Shown piece after piece: positions 13,020 through 26,815 of a stretch of 64,000 nt of DNA. How positions within the stretch are numbered: position 1 is the stretch's first letter; each line of letters starts with the position of its first letter. The notes beneath the pieces are model-generated. The model saw nothing but the letters and a program-made list of their open reading frames with translations, was not told the origin of the DNA and did no database searches. The stretch comes from the human T2T-CHM13v2.0 reference genome, Homo sapiens, in NCBI GenBank assembly GCA_009914755.4, contig CP086569.2, positions 18,304,001 through 18,368,000 of the forward strand. The letters run 5' to 3'. The position numbers were made by a program, and so were the translations under genes.

Positions 13020-13560
13020 AATAGGGGCTGACTAAAATAAGGCTGAGAACTACTGGGCTGCATTCCCAGACAGTTAAGGCATTCTAAGTCACAGGATGAG
13101 ATAGGAGGTTGGCACAAGATACAGGGTCATAATGGCCTTGCTGATAAAACAGGTTGCAGTAAAGAAGCTGGCCAAATCCCACCAAAACCAAGATGGCAAT
13201 GAGAGTGAACTTTGGTTATCCTCACTGCTACACCCCCACCAGCACCATGACAGTTTACAAATGACATGTCAATGTCAGGAAGTTATCCTGTATGGTCTAA
13301 AAAGAGGAGGCATGAATAATCCACTCCTTTTTTAACATAGCATCAAGAAATAACCATAAAAATGGGCAACCAGCAGTCCTCGGGGCTGCTCTCCATGTGG
13401 AGTAGCCATTGTTTTATTCTTTGACTTTCCTAATAAACTTGCTTTCATTTTGCTCTATGGATTCATCTTGAATTCTTTCATTTCATTTTCAATTCATTTC
13501 AAGGTCCAAGAACTCTCTCTTGGAGTCTGAATCAGGACCTTTTTCTGGTAACACAATGAG
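13020..13560 (+). mobile_element. LTR fragment resembling the 3' (R-U5) half of ERV9 LTR12 (tentative), ends ...ctggtaaca
   Basis: caggatgagataggaggttggcacaagatacagggtcataatggccttgctgataaaacaggttgcagtaaagaagctggccaaatcccaccaaaaccaagatggc...ccataaaaatgggcaaccagcagtcctcggggctgctc...tttcctaataaacttgctttcattttgc...ggtccaagaactctctcttggagtctgaatcaggacctttttctggtaaca matches my memory of the LTR12 3' end. Confidence 0.4.
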
Positions 13561-13739
13561 GCTGAAAAACTTCAAATCTTACATCTTCTGTGAAATTATT
13601 GTTATTATTTATTTTTAAATGAAATTATTATTTTATCTTATTTATGTTAAAATGACACAATAATTGCATCTATTTCTAGAGTACAATGTGATGTTTTCAT
13701 AGATGCACACATGATGAAATGATTAAATCAAACTAATTA

Positions 13740-13935
13740 GCTTATCACTTCACTTTTTTATTTGTGTTTTTGTGTGTGTTGGTCAAATATTTAAAATGGG
13801 CTTCCCCAGTAATTTTGAAATATACATTACATTATTAATAAGTACAGTCACCATGCTGTGCAATAGATTTCAATAAATCATTCTTCCTATCTAACTGGAA
13901 CTTTCCTCTTCAATCAACATCTCTTCATTGTCTTT
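13740..13935 (-). mobile_element. Ancient L1 3'UTR fragment (antisense)
   Basis: ttttgaaatatacattacattattaataagtacagtcaccatgctgtgcaatagatttcaataaatcattcttcctatctaact resembles antisense old-L1 3'UTR (...gaaatgtacaattaaattattgttgactatagtcaccctgttgtgctatcaaatactag...). Confidence 0.4.
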
Positions 13936-14169
13936 CTTCACTCCTCTGTCCCTGGCACCCATCATGCTACTCTCTGCTTCTGAAACCATCTTTGTAGGTT
14001 ATATCAGTGAGAAAATTCTAACAGTAAGCTACGCTAGCCTATCTTGCCTTTCCCTTAATTATTTTTGGGCTACTGGGGCAAGCTAACTTGGAAAGACATT
14101 TAGGCTACAAGTTAAATAATAATAGGGCTTGCCCCTAAATGCAGCCACATTTGAAAAGCTAATGGGAAG

Positions 14170-14620
14170 CATTCAGACTGCAGGGAGAAGAGGAGCCTGA
14201 TTCCTGCTAATGCGCAGACATGAAGGATTGCCAGCTATTATTCCAGAGATTATAAAATGTGCAACTTCCCCAATTACTCCTGCACCACCCTTGAAGATTA
14301 GCCTTCTGAGATATCTTGCCAGTCTTTTTGCATGTCTAACACCCATGACTTCACATGGACCTACAACCCAGCCCCTGTGGCCATACCCAGAAGCAATCCA
14401 GCCCACAGGAGGACAGCTTCAACCCCCTACGAATTCATCTCTGCCATAACCAATCAGCAGCAAGCACCGGTTACCTGGCCACTTCTACCTCTTCCTCCAA
14501 ACTATCCTTGAAAAACCTACAAGCTTTGAAAAAGACGATTTGAATATGAATTCCATCTCACACGTGGCATGGCCATCTTCCTGTCTGTTAAACTTTTTCT
14601 CTACTACAGTGCCTTGGTCT
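14170..14620 (+). mobile_element. Possible additional LTR-like element (CCAAT-box ... ccttgaaaaac architecture similar to neighbouring LTRs)
   Basis: ccataaccaatcagcagcaagcaccggttacctggccacttctacctcttcctccaaactatccttgaaaaac parallels ctgaccaatgagcccttctgggtcactggcttccccctacccatcaagttgtccttaaaaac in the 14.9 kb LTR. Boundaries not resolved. Confidence 0.2.
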
Positions 14621-14899
14621 TTCTTGATTCGGTGGGCAGGAGGAACCCCTCATGCAGCTACACTTCTATGAGCTTTTCTTTCATAGATGCCACATGGAAC
14701 TGAGATCATGCAGTATCTGTCTTTCTGTGCCTAGCTGATTTCACTGCATATAAACCCTCCAGGTTTATTGATGCTTTCACCATTGTCTATTTTACAACCT
14801 CAGAAGACAGCCTAAAAGTTGATTTTTGTAAACTCCTGTACTGGTAAGCAGCTGTTGGATATGTCATTTAATTTGTTTTCCTCCACTTGTTTTCCTATC

Positions 14900-15600
14900 T
14901 GTAAGATTGAAACTGCCTTTGCAAAATTATGACTGAGACAATCAAAGAGATCTAACAACGGACTCCATCTTGCTTCTAACCCCTAAGCTGTCCTTGTTCA
15001 CACCTTGCTAAACTAACTTTGGGAGAAACTTAGTTTATAGTTTAAACAAAGACGGTAACATCGCTTTCACAAAGCAGACCTCCTTCTTGCCTATAGACTA
15101 GATTGCCTTTGTAGGACTAATATTAGCCACAAGATTAGAAATTATGGCTTAGGAGTCATGCAACTGGAGGCTACAAAATTCTGACCCTCCCTAAACTGCT
15201 CCTAAGATTAGTGCTTGTGATATTTTGCACTTGATGGATCAGTTGGCCCCACCCAGATCAATAAACTGGCTCATCGGATCTTGTGGACCCCATACAGGCA
15301 CTGATTGAATGCAGGAAGAGAGCTTGACTCACTATGATTTTATCTCTGACCAATGAGCCCTTCTGGGTCACTGGCTTCCCCCTACCCATCAAGTTGTCCT
15401 TAAAAACTCTGCTTCCTGAATGCCCAGGGAGACTGATTTGAGTAATAATAAAACTCTGGTCTCTTGCACAGCTATCTCTGAGTGAATTACTCTTCTTTAT
15501 TGCAATTCCCTTGTCTTAATGAATCATCTCTCTAGGCAGCAGGTAAGATGAACCCCTTGGTGGTTACAAATTTGGTGGCTCATCTGGGTTTGCCCTTGTG
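14900..15600 (+). mobile_element. ERV LTR, unclassified family, copy 1 (same family and orientation as 28584-29290)
   Basis: tgcctttgcaaaattatgactgagacaatcaaagagatct...tgtaggactaatattagccacaagattagaaattatggcttaggagtcatgcaactggaggctacaaaattctgaccctccctaaactgctcctaagat...caccagatcaataaactggctcat...tctgaccaatgag...gtccttaaaaactctg...gagtaataataaaactctggtctcttgcacagc...cttaatgaatcatctctctaggcagcagg. About 85% identical to the 28.6 kb copy over about 680 bp; AATAAA and R/U5-like end indicate plus orientation. Confidence 0.55.
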
Positions 15601-15782
15601 GTGACCTGCCTGTGGTTCCATATCCCCCCTCCAGCAATGGATCCAGAAGCCAGCCCAAGTGCCACCTAGTGCTCTTGGATTGGGGGCTGACCATGGTACT
15701 CTCTGTACTGGCAGGTGCTGCTGACCCAATTTGCATCAATTTAATTGCAATAAAGAAATAATCCTGAGGAGACATCCCTTAA

Positions 15783-16000
15783 CTGTAGCCCTATTATAGG
15801 GTGTCTCTCTGTAGCCCCATTGTGGGGTGTCTGGATTGATGAGCTTCCTAGGCACTGCCAATGCCTCCTTCCTTCTCCTGACTGGTTCTGTAGACCTTTG
15901 GTGGGGTGTATGTAGCCCCATTGTTGAGGGTCTATTTGTAGCTCCACCATAGGGTATCTGTGACTATAGCCTCATTGTGGGGTGTCTGTTTGGCTCTTAG
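15783..16000. repeat. Tandem repeat of 26-27-bp unit (tgtagccccattgtggggtgtct-) x about 6, one unit carrying an 80-bp insertion
   Basis: tgtagccctattatagggtgtctctc / tgtagccccattgtggggtgtctgg... / tgtagccccattgttgagggtctattt / gtagctccaccatagggtatctgtgac / tatagcctcattgtggggtgtctgtttggc. Confidence 0.65.
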
Positions 16001-18879
16001 TGTATCTCTGTTGGCTGTTTCTAGCTAGTAGGAAGAGTACTTGTCTGGGAGATTTCTCCTCAGTCAGGAAGATTTTGAGGAGGTTTCTCAGATGGAGAAT
16101 AGGAGAACAGTTTGGAAGGGGTACTCTTGGAGTTCTTCAATAGGAATCTGGTTTGGAAAGCTTTTTGTCCATATCATCTCTGTGTGTGTTTGTATATGTG
16201 GAAGAGATCTCAGAGGCAATGTGGATGAAAGTCCAGCTGGCCTAACTCAGAGAATCCTCCTTATTTGTCTTCTCACATTTGATCAACCCTAAAGAAGTCT
16301 CAATGGGTGGGTCTCTTGGGTTGACTATCTGCTCTTCCTCTTGCCAAGAGACCCCATTGTGAATTACCACTCAGTGGTCCATCCCCACCTGGAGTAAATC
16401 AAAGACAACAAGGATGAACAAGTAAAAGTTTAAGCTTTGCCAGGTTTATATTGAGTGCTGAATGAAGTGACTAATGTCTGTTTTGTCGTATGTATTTTGC
16501 TGAGATGGAAAATGTTAATTTGGTTCCCCATGCAGCCTGTTGGGCAGCATCTTGTAAATTAAAAATCTTGTGTATAGTTCCATAAAACAGTAAAGGATGA
16601 TTTTTTCTTGTAAAGTGGCTTCAACCAGAAGCCACTCTATTATTCTGGAAGCTGCAGGGAAAGGGAACCCAGGGACCTGGTATGGCAGTGAAAAGGGTAA
16701 GAAATTCTTACCAGCCAAGTTTCTAGTCTCTCTTTCTCTGTCTGGGTAAAACAGTAAACTATTGGTCTCCTCTACTAGGGTTTAATCAATAGAAAAAGGG
16801 ATTTGTAAGACTAGCCTTATGCTGTACCAAATCTGGTGTTCTTTGTGCTAAGAATTTGTCTTTCTGTGCTCTGTAATGGAGAGACAGGTATCATAGGATA
16901 GAATGTGAGTTTAGAACCCCTATAAGCCTGCTTTTCAAGCCAGCTTGGCAGGCTGGTCAGTAACGAACTTTGCCATAAGTCTCTGATACCAATACTGTAT
17001 GAATTTCTCTGTCTTGTTTTGTGTCCTTACAGCTTAAACTTGTGACCATGTGGAGATACTTTCTTTTGGTTTCCACCCACCAGAGGACAAAAATTTAGGG
17101 GTTCATGCCATAGTTAGTCCTAAAAATTTTTCTTAAGCAGTTAAAAGCCTTACAAGCTTAAAATTGGCTTCTCTAGGCTCCTTCTGGGAAAAGCAATAGA
17201 AACTGTTCAATGCTATATAGCTCAGTAGTTAAGGCTTTATATTTTGGCAGTGGTGGCTTGGGTTCAATTGTTGGCTTCTGGAATAATTCCTTTCTGGTTG
17301 TTATTTGTGCAGCTTTGCCATTTATTGAGGTTTTTTCCCTAGTTTCTGATTTCCTCTCTTGAATTTTCCTTTCTCTGAACTACCTTATGGAGATTCTAAA
17401 TCTTGCCTTAAAAAATAAAAGAAAAGAAAAGAAACTGCTTACCATGTATTTGCAGCACCTAGGAGGTTACCTTTCATGAAATTCAGAAGCTAGAAATATT
17501 GGCCACTTGGCATAGCTAAATCAGGTATTAAGAAATTTAAAAGAACTTATTTTTAAAGAGTGCTATGGTTAAAAGTTATCTTAATTAAAGTGGATAAACA
17601 AGCTATAGATATATTTAAAAGACCTTTATGTTTTTCTCTTCTTGGAAGTTGTTTTTCTGGAAAAACGTTTTTTCATCTTAGTTGACTGAATTAGTTTTCT
17701 CCATTGTTTTGTCTTGCCACTCTTAATGCTCACCTAAGAGGCCCTAAGATAACTTCTGGTAGCCTGGAACTCCTTGGAGAAACAGGGGAGGTGCCATAGA
17801 CCCAATTTTGGGAGATAAAAACCTCTGTTTTCCTCATGAAACCCCAGGAATTAAAAGCAGATAAATCCCTCTCAAAATCAAGGGCTCTGTTCTGTTTTGC
17901 ATTGTGTTATCTGACAGTTTTAAGTTTTGTGGGTATCAGAAATTACTTCACATTATAATAACTAGGTAGAAAATATATTTTAAGAGATAGCTAATAGTAG
18001 CTATAGAGGGATACTTGACTGTGTGCACACTCGGATCAGAGAATCTTGCTCTTGGCAACCTGAAAGATAAGGAAACACCCCCATCTCCCCACTGGGAGAT
18101 AAGACTCTTATGAGAGAAGAGCTCATTAAAAAAAAATGGGCTGATTGGCTTTGGGTTGCCTTGCAATGAAATAAAGGATAGAAGCACTGCACTGTCTTCT
18201 CCTGTAGTATTTCCCTCTTTCTAGAGATCCAGTACAAAATGGAACCCTTAAGTCTGGGTATCTGTCTTTACATTCAACTACTTATTTGCTGCATATTTAG
18301 TTCTAGAAATGCATGCTTTTCTGACCCTGTTCTTCCAAGGGCTCCATCCTGAAGCCAGTAATCCAGTTAAGAAAATGACAAAAAGTTTACAAGTGCTGAA
18401 TCTTCTATCTGTGTGTATATTTGTGTTGTATGTTTATATATAAAGGAACACTGATGATTAATTGGCTTTGAAAAATAAGCACTTAAATGAAATATTTTCT
18501 CAAAAAATAGAAACTGTAATGCCTTTTGGTTCACATGACTTTAGAAATCTTTTGGAAATAAACACAGTTTTAAAGATTATTGGTAAAAAAAAGTCTTGAA
18601 AATGTAGACATTTCATCTAAATTAAGGTCAGATATCAGGTTTGCTAAATGCTTTAAGGTAAAACTGTTTCTTTGACTTTTGAAAATTGTTTGATTTACCT
18701 ACTTCATAGCATTGGATTATAAATAAGGCCAGGGGACATAGGAAGAGCCATACCCACCCACTAGATGTGCTAAAAGAAGTCAGACCTCATCTTCATTTGT
18801 GGCTAATATCCTAGGGTCCAACCCTAGTACATAATTAAAATCACTTACTTATCAGGTTTTTCACTAAAAATAAAAGTTG

Positions 18880-19180
18880 CTGGCCCACAGCAGTGACTCA
18901 CACCTGTAATCCCAGCATTTTGGGAGGTCAAGGCAGACAGATCACCTAAGATTGGGAATTCAAGACCAAGCTGACCAACATATAAAACCCTTTCTCTATT
19001 AAAAATACAAAAATTAGCTGGATGTGGTGTTGTGTGCCTGTAATATCAGCTACTTCAAAGGCTGAGACAGGAGAATCACTTGAACCCAGAGGGCAGAGAT
19101 TGTGGCGAGCCAAGATCGTGCATTGCACTCCAGCCTGGGAAACAACAGTGAAACTCCATTTCAAAAAAAAAAAAAAAAAA
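18880..19180 (+). mobile_element. Alu with A19 tail and TSD aaaagt(t)gctg
   Basis: ggcccacagcagtgactcacacctgtaatcccagcattttgggaggtcaaggcagacagatcacctaag...cagcctgggaaacaacagtgaaactccatttcaaaaaaaaaaaaaaaaaa. Confidence 0.9.
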
Positions 19181-19731
19181 GTGCTGAAAGTTAACATTGT
19201 AACATGTAGTTGAGACCATTGGAAAAACATTTTACATACAAGGTGTATAGGAAATGTGTTTTTCATTAAAAAAATGTATATATATATGAAGGCATAGGAA
19301 TATGGCTTTTGTTAAAGGTAATGTAATTTTGTCTAGTTCAAAGCGTTTTAAAAATTGTCTTAACCTAAAAGAGTAACGGAACACAATTAAAACTTTAAGC
19401 AAAGTGAAAAGGGTTTATAAAGGGTTAATCTTGTAATATTTCTGTGGGTATAAAGAATTTGGCTGCTAAGATTTAAAAGAAATCATTTAGCTTTTTTCCT
19501 TAAGTAAAAGCTTTAAAATCATACTAATTTGGGGCTAGAATCTGGGGCCATGTATCTGAATAACAGGGTTTTATTTATTTATTTTTTTATTTTTATCTGC
19601 TATTTAATGGAAATTTGTAAAGGGTTCTAATAAGTTTATGAAAATCTTACTTTATAGTCAAACTGAATAAAACTGGATACAGACATAAAATTTTATTTAA
19701 TAAACTAGCTTTAACATTAAAGATGCACTAA

Positions 19732-20091
<360 letters not shown>

Positions 20092-20439
20092 TAATATATT
20101 TTTTTCCCTTTGGTAAATTGCAAAAGAAAAAAAAAAGGAGAAGGAGAGAGAAAAGACAGATTCAGTTGGCCTCATGCTATCTTCATGGGGTCTTTTTGGA
20201 AAGCTAGATCTCCACTATCAGAGTAAAGATTTTTCATTTAAAAATTTTTTTCGAGTTTATCATTTTGGCCAAATGAAAAACTTATGGTGACCTGGTATTC
20301 TATTTTGTGATATCTAGCATTTTAAACCTTAATATTTAACAAACTTTCCAAAATCAAATTATAAAATGTCTCTTTATTACCTAATATTTTAGATATTAGG
20401 TCCTCTAAAGTCCAAAAATAACTTTTGACTTGTTTGGTA

Positions 20440-21415
<976 letters not shown>

Positions 21416-21432
21416 AAGTACAGGTCTCATAT

Positions 21433-21916
21433 TGTAATGCCAAAGGTTCTTGCCTTAGCCATGCCAAAGAGAGACATGGATTGGACTGAGAGAAAAAAAG
21501 CTGTAGGCTTTATTGAGCAGAGTGACAATACAAGGCTTCCACCATGTAGAAGGGGTCCCAAGAAGGTAGCCAGTATTAGAATTTTTGATCACCTTTTAAA
21601 CTCTTTAGGGCGGGAAATACATGCAGAAGGAAGATGTCACCAGAGCAAGAAACAAAGACAATTAATGTATCTTAGATCTTGATGGAAACCAGAATTGTAA
21701 CTTAAGTTTTATCTACCTTATGACCTTGCAGCAGCATGGCAAAGGAGATGGGATCTCACAGGATTTTACAAATTGTGTTTACAAGGAATTAGAATTGGGA
21801 GCATAGATAAGGTCTGCTGGTCACAGAAATGTTAAATGCTTTTAACATTGTTTTTAGGTTCAGGGGATGGGGACGGGAGACAGGGGGTGAGGACACAGGG
21901 AAGCTTACAGCTTACA
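21433..21916 (-). mobile_element. 3' LTR of minus-strand provirus
   Basis: In element sense contains ...gatcaataaagcctacagc... (polyA signal), starts TGTAAGC and ends ...GGCATTACA. Abuts env TM stop (21912). Confidence 0.6.
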
Positions 21917-22187
21917 GCCAAGGTGTCCATTGGTTAAACATATTCCAGGGCCCTGAGTGTTGAAGCTCCTTTTTTCTACTTTCTGTTCGTTCTCTTATTT
22001 CTTTGACCTTTTCAGTAATGATTTCTGACTGGTTAATGAAATAGCAACATTCTTCTCGTAAGAAGAGGCAGGCTCCTCCCCTTTCAGCTGTTAATAAGTC
22101 TAGGGCTCTCCAGTTTTGAAGAGCTACCACAGCTAGAGAATTAAGCTGGCTTTGTAGGGTCACTAGGGAGTCGGCCACTCGTTCCAT
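21912..22187 (-). pseudogene. env transmembrane-subunit remnant (HERV-W/H syncytin-like)
   Basis: ORF translation ...[69 protein letters not shown] closely parallels syncytin-1 TM [68 protein letters not shown]. Truncated before the membrane anchor. Confidence 0.75.
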
Positions 22188-22525
22188 ATCGTCATTTAAT
22201 TCTCATGATAATTTATAATAGAATTGGATGGAAGAGGTTATGCCTCCAATTCCAGTCCCAATCCTACCCAGTATTCTAGTTCCTGCAATAAAAGGGACAA
22301 TAAGGACTTGCGTGTGGTGAGATTGGGGTATAAGGAGACTTTGTAACTCCTGTTCGGTATATATGGACATGGGAGGTGCTAGAAAGGAGAGAAAGAGTAG
22401 TTCTTTTGGAATGCCATTTAGGCATTAATAGCTGTGCTATTATAGATGAAAAAAATGCCTGAAGTTAGACAGGTGTAACCTGAGGTCTTGTACTAGTCTC
22501 CACTGACCATTTGGTTTTTGTATTC

Positions 22526-22966
22526 CTAGTATTGTGATGTTGCAAGGAATGCTACACTTTCTTGAAAGATCCCACCACTTTTCCTTATCAAAGGCAATAT
22601 CCTCAAAGGCCTGAAACTCTCAAAGGATTTCTTCAGTAAGAAAACTAAACCTTGAGCTTTTAATTGTCTAACGATATCCTGTAATCCTTTGAGAGCTTCA
22701 GGCCTTAAGGGATATTGACTTTGATAAGGAAAAATGGTGGGATCTTTTAGCCTGATTTGGACTGGATGGGCATTCTTTGCTCTTCCAAATTGTCCTTCTA
22801 AGGCCCAGACCTCAAAGTTGATTCCTTCTTCAGGTAGGAAACAATGAATAGGTAATTTGTTCCCCATATTAATGTAGATAATGGTCCTGGCTTTGGCTAA
22901 TATGTCCCTCCCTAATAAGAGTGTGGGACTTTTGGGCTTAACAAGAAAGGCATGTGAAAAGAGCAA
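22526..22966 (-). pseudogene. protease C-terminus / reverse transcriptase N-terminus remnant
   Basis: LFSHAFLVKPKSPTLLLGRDILAKARTIIYINMGNKLPIHCFLPEEGINFEVWALEGQFGRAKNAHPVQIRLKDPTIFPYQSQYPLRPEALKGLQDIVRQLKAQGLV matches HERV-W pol LLFSHAFLIMPESPTPLLGRDILAKAGAIIHLNIGEG...LLEEGINPEVWATEGQYGRAKNARPVQVKLKDSASFPYQRQYPLRPEARQGLQKIVKDLKAQGLV. Homology stops at about 22640 (deletion of most of pol and env SU). Confidence 0.75.
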
Positions 22967-23309
22967 AATCTCCCAGCTGCAGCTGAGGAGGTGAGCGAAA
23001 TACCTGGTTACAGGCTGTCCTAAGATTCCTTAGATAGCAAATGACTTTAAGGACAGTCATTCAAGGCAGGAGATTAAAACTGAGAAGGCCACGCCAGTGT
23101 CCAGGAGGAAGTCCACTTCCTGGACCTCAATGGTCAAACTTACCCAGGGCTCTGTGAGGGTGATGGCATGAGCTGGCACTTGTCCTGGGCACCCTCAGTC
23201 CTGTTGCTGAAACATCTGCTTGGGTGCTTCTGGCCCAGAGGGCCTTCATCCTCTAGGGCAGTGTGCCTTCCAGTGACTGCCTTGGCATATTAGACATGGG
23301 TGAGGCAAC

Positions 23310-23379
23310 AGTTTTATTTTATTTTATTTTATCTTCGACAATCTTTCTTTTTCTTTTCTTTTCTTTTTTTTTTTGATAT
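23310..23379. repeat. (TTTTA)n/(CTTTT)n simple repeat adjoining Alu tail
   Basis: ttttattttattttattttatcttcgacaatctttctttttcttttcttttctttttttttt. Confidence 0.8.
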
Positions 23380-23672
<293 letters not shown>

Positions 23673-23789
23673 ATCTTTCTTAAAAGTGTCCTTGCAAACT
23701 GCACTGATAACAAGCCCTACTATGCAACTGGCCTGTTCCTCTCTTGGTTCCCTCTGAGTCACCAAGGTCTGTTGTCTGAGGGCCATGAC

Positions 23790-25000
23790 TAAGCCTGCAG
23801 CCTTTCTCTTATCTCACTTTTCCCTTTCTGCCTGTTCCTCTTGGTCCCTGTTATAGAACACTGAGGTTGCCAGGTGTAGTAATGTCTCCAAATTTTGTTC
23901 TGGGCCTAAAGCAGACTTTTGGAGTTTTCACCTAATGTCAGCCACTGATTGGTGATAAATTTATCCTTTAAAATAAGTTGGCCTCCTAAGGAATTTGGAG
24001 TTAGGGAGATGTGCTTTCTGAGGGACTACCTTGGCCTTTCTAGAAAAGCAGAGGTTTTTTGTTTTTCTTTTCCCTATGTAATTGTGGATAGCATTGACTA
24101 GTTCATAGGCTTTTTCCCAGTCTTCCTCAACCCTTCTAAAATGCAAGTTAGCAAATGCTTGTGGCTCCAATCTCCATGATCAGTCAGTATCCCAGAGAGG
24201 TTCTACAGTGGGAACTGCCTGTTGCCCTGTGGAGAATTTTTCCCTCTTCTCCAGGGTCATTCAATCATTTACCTGGCTAAGGTACCACAGATCCCCAAAT
24301 TGCTGGGCTGCTGCTAAAGCTGATTTCTTTTCAGTAGGACTTAAGGTCTGATCAAGAAGCAACATGATATCTTTCTATGTTAGATCAAAGGACTGCCAGA
24401 ATCCTTGCAGGACATCTATACCGTTATCAGGATCATCCGAGAATTTCCCTAAATCTGGCTTTACTTGTTTTAAATCTGAGAGTGAGAAGGGGGCATGCAT
24501 GTGAATGGGCCCAAATTCTCCTCCTACTGTTTTTAAGGGACATAGGTTGGATGTCTGGCTTACGGAGTTTACGTTCTCTTTCTGGTGTGCCTTTAACACT
24601 TCAATGGGGATGGATGGAAGAGAGTCAATAGGGGAGGAGAATGGGTCTGAGGGAAGAGGCCCTGAGTATGGAGGTAGTAACTGTGGGCCTCTGTCATTTT
24701 GGCAAAGCTTGCAGGCTTGGCACAGGGCAGTATTGTCATGAAGGGCAAAGAAAGCCTGTACATAAGGGACTTTACTCTATTTATCTTCCTGTTTATAGAA
24801 AAGATCTAGCTGTAGAAGAGTGTTATAATTAATACTTCCCTCAGGGGCCACATTTTTCCATTTTTTAAGAAATTCCATGGCCAGGCAGTTGTACAGAAGA
24901 AAATCAGCTGCTTCTTTTTTAAGGTTTCATGGTTGAATTCGTCCCAGTTATTCAGGATATATCTTAAGGCAGAGTCTGGTTTTGAAGTTGTGGTGCCCAT
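23790..25000 (-). pseudogene. gag remnant (MA-CA) of the provirus, multiple frameshifts
   Basis: ORF starting at 25000: MGTTTSKPDSALRYILNNWDEFNHETLKKKQLIFFCTTAWPW (cf. HERV-W gag MGNIPPKAKTPLRCILENWDQFDPQTLRKKRLIFFCSTAWPQ). ORF 24375-24599: ...CPLKTVGGEFGPIHMHAPFSLSDLKQVKPDLGKFSDDPDNGIDVLQGFWQSFDLT (cf. ...LCPLQAVRGGEFGPARVPVPFSLSDLKQIKIDLGKFSDNPDGYIDVLQGLGQSFDLTW). Confidence 0.6.
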
Positions 25001-26329
25001 CTGGAATTTTAAACACAGAGATGCCCATACCCCTTGTTAGTCCTCGGACTCATCTTCTCTTAGGGTGTCCCCCAAGGGTCGGGTCCAGTTGTGCTCAAAG
25101 CTCATAGTGGCTTTTCCTGAGCCCTCCATCTACCAGATTTAACCATGCTTACCAGCAAGATAGAAACTTCATTTGCCCCTGCCGTGCACCCATTGACCAC
25201 TAAATGGGGCACAGGGACTGTTGAATTTATTGTGGTCTTTCTTCCAACACATGCTCCCTGTTCCAGGGTTGTAAGGCCTGGGTCAGGGGCACCACTGATG
25301 ACTGCATACTGAGGCCCAATTTACATGGGCCTGGCCATAAAACTGTCCTTCAAGGAGGAATCTCTGAATTAGCAACAAGAGGCTTAGTAAACTTTAAGAG
25401 GGTGATGCATGTCCTCTAGGCCAGGGCTGAGAAAACAGCTGCTGTACTCTAGCCTTCTGTCCCCACTTGCCATCAAAGGAGTAAGCCCCTCTCTTAAGGT
25501 GGTACAAGTATCTTGTGTCCTAACTGACTTTATTTTCTTTCTTCCAATACCAACTATTGAATGGTTCAAATAGCAATTCAATGGCTCTAAGAGCTGTGCC
25601 CATGCACCACAGATTGTACTCCAGAGGCCCCAAGGAAGGGGAAAGTCTATCTGGGGAGCAATGGAGGAAATGCCCTAAGGCTTTTATTATCCACATGAAA
25701 ATTATAGACCTGTTTTTAAATTGTCCTGATGTGGGGGACCATACACTATGGTGGGGAACTGGCCCTTCAAAATAGCCATTGAATGGCAACACCTGTCTTA
25801 ACCCTGGAGGGCACCATGAACAGGGATCTTCTGGACACCATCCCAAGAATTTAAGACTTCTAAATAGGGAATCTTGATCCTGCATAGCAGGAATAACCTT
25901 GCTTGTGAAATGAGGAAAGAAGTCTAGCCAGTGGACATTAGTACCTAGGAAGCTGGGGTCAGAAAACGTGGTGGTTTCATGCTCAGTAACCCTTGCAGGG
26001 GGAGCCTCTGCCAGGAGATCTGGGAGACTAGAACGTCTGCTGATAACTCCCAGGTGTACTTTGAGACCACCACGGAAAGTTAAAGAGTATGTACTGGGTC
26101 CAGACTAACTAACGTTCCCAGCCTCGGAGGGTTGGGGGTTGTCAGAGAACCCTTTTCCAGACAGCCTGACACCTGTGTCTTTAGTCCAGCGGCTGTGCTA
26201 ATAGCTTTTAGTGGCTGACAGGTGCCTGGTTGAGCCTCCAAATTCTAAGGAAGGACAGGACAGCATAGCAAGCGAAAGAGGTCTAACCATACTCACTACG
26301 TGATGATCTGGATGCCTTTCCTGGAGATC

Positions 26330-26347
26330 CTCCTGGCTGGCTTGCCA
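26330..26347 (-). other. Primer binding site complementary to tRNA-Arg 3' end (17/18 match), 3 nt after the 5' LTR end
   Basis: Minus-strand reads ...GGCATTACA TTT TGGCAAGCCAGCCAGGAG gatc. tRNA-Arg(ACG) 3' end as I recall is ...TTCGACTCCTGGCTGGCTCGCCA, so the perfect PBS would be TGGCGAGCCAGCCAGGAG. Confidence 0.5.
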
Positions 26348-26350
26348 AAA

Positions 26351-26815
26351 TGTAATGCCAAAGGTTCTTGCCTTAGCCATGCCAAAGATTTAGTGTGGTG
26401 GCAGCCCACAGTGACAGAGGGACACGGATCAGACTGAGAGAAAAAAGCTGTAGGCTTTATTGATCAGAGTGACAGTACAAAGCTTCCACAGCATGGAAGG
26501 GGTCCCAAGTGGGTAGCCAGTGTTAGATTTTTTTCATCACTTTTTAAACTCTTTAAGGTGGGAAATACATGCAGCGGGAAGATGTTACCAGAGCAGGAAA
26601 CAAAAACAACACGTCTGAGGTCTTGAGGAAAATCAGAAGCATAACTTAAGTTGTATCTGCTTTATGACCTTGCAGAGGCATGGCGAAGAAGACAGGAACT
26701 CACAGGATTTTGCAAATTGTGTTTACAAAGAATTGGAATTGGGAGCACAGTGAAGGTCCACTGGTCACAGAAAAACAGGCTTTTAACATTCCGGGGACAC
26801 AGTGAAGCTTACAGC
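26351..26815 (-). mobile_element. 5' LTR of minus-strand provirus
   Basis: Matches 21433-21916 along its length (tgtaatgccaaaggttcttgccttagccatgccaaag...ctgtaggctttattga(g/t)cagagtgaca...cttttaacatt...acacag(g/t)gaagcttaca). Confidence 0.6.

Noticed and set aside
18946-19266. 106-aa minus-strand ORF
   Set aside because: Antisense read-through of the Alu at 18880-19180 (QAGVQCTILARHNLCPLGSSDSPVSA... is canonical Alu-antisense peptide).
26330-26347. Possible tRNA gene (similarity to tRNA-Arg)
   Set aside because: Only the 18-nt complement of a tRNA 3' end is present, positioned 3 nt from an LTR end: a retroviral primer binding site, not a tRNA gene. No cloverleaf-capable about 72-nt sequence.
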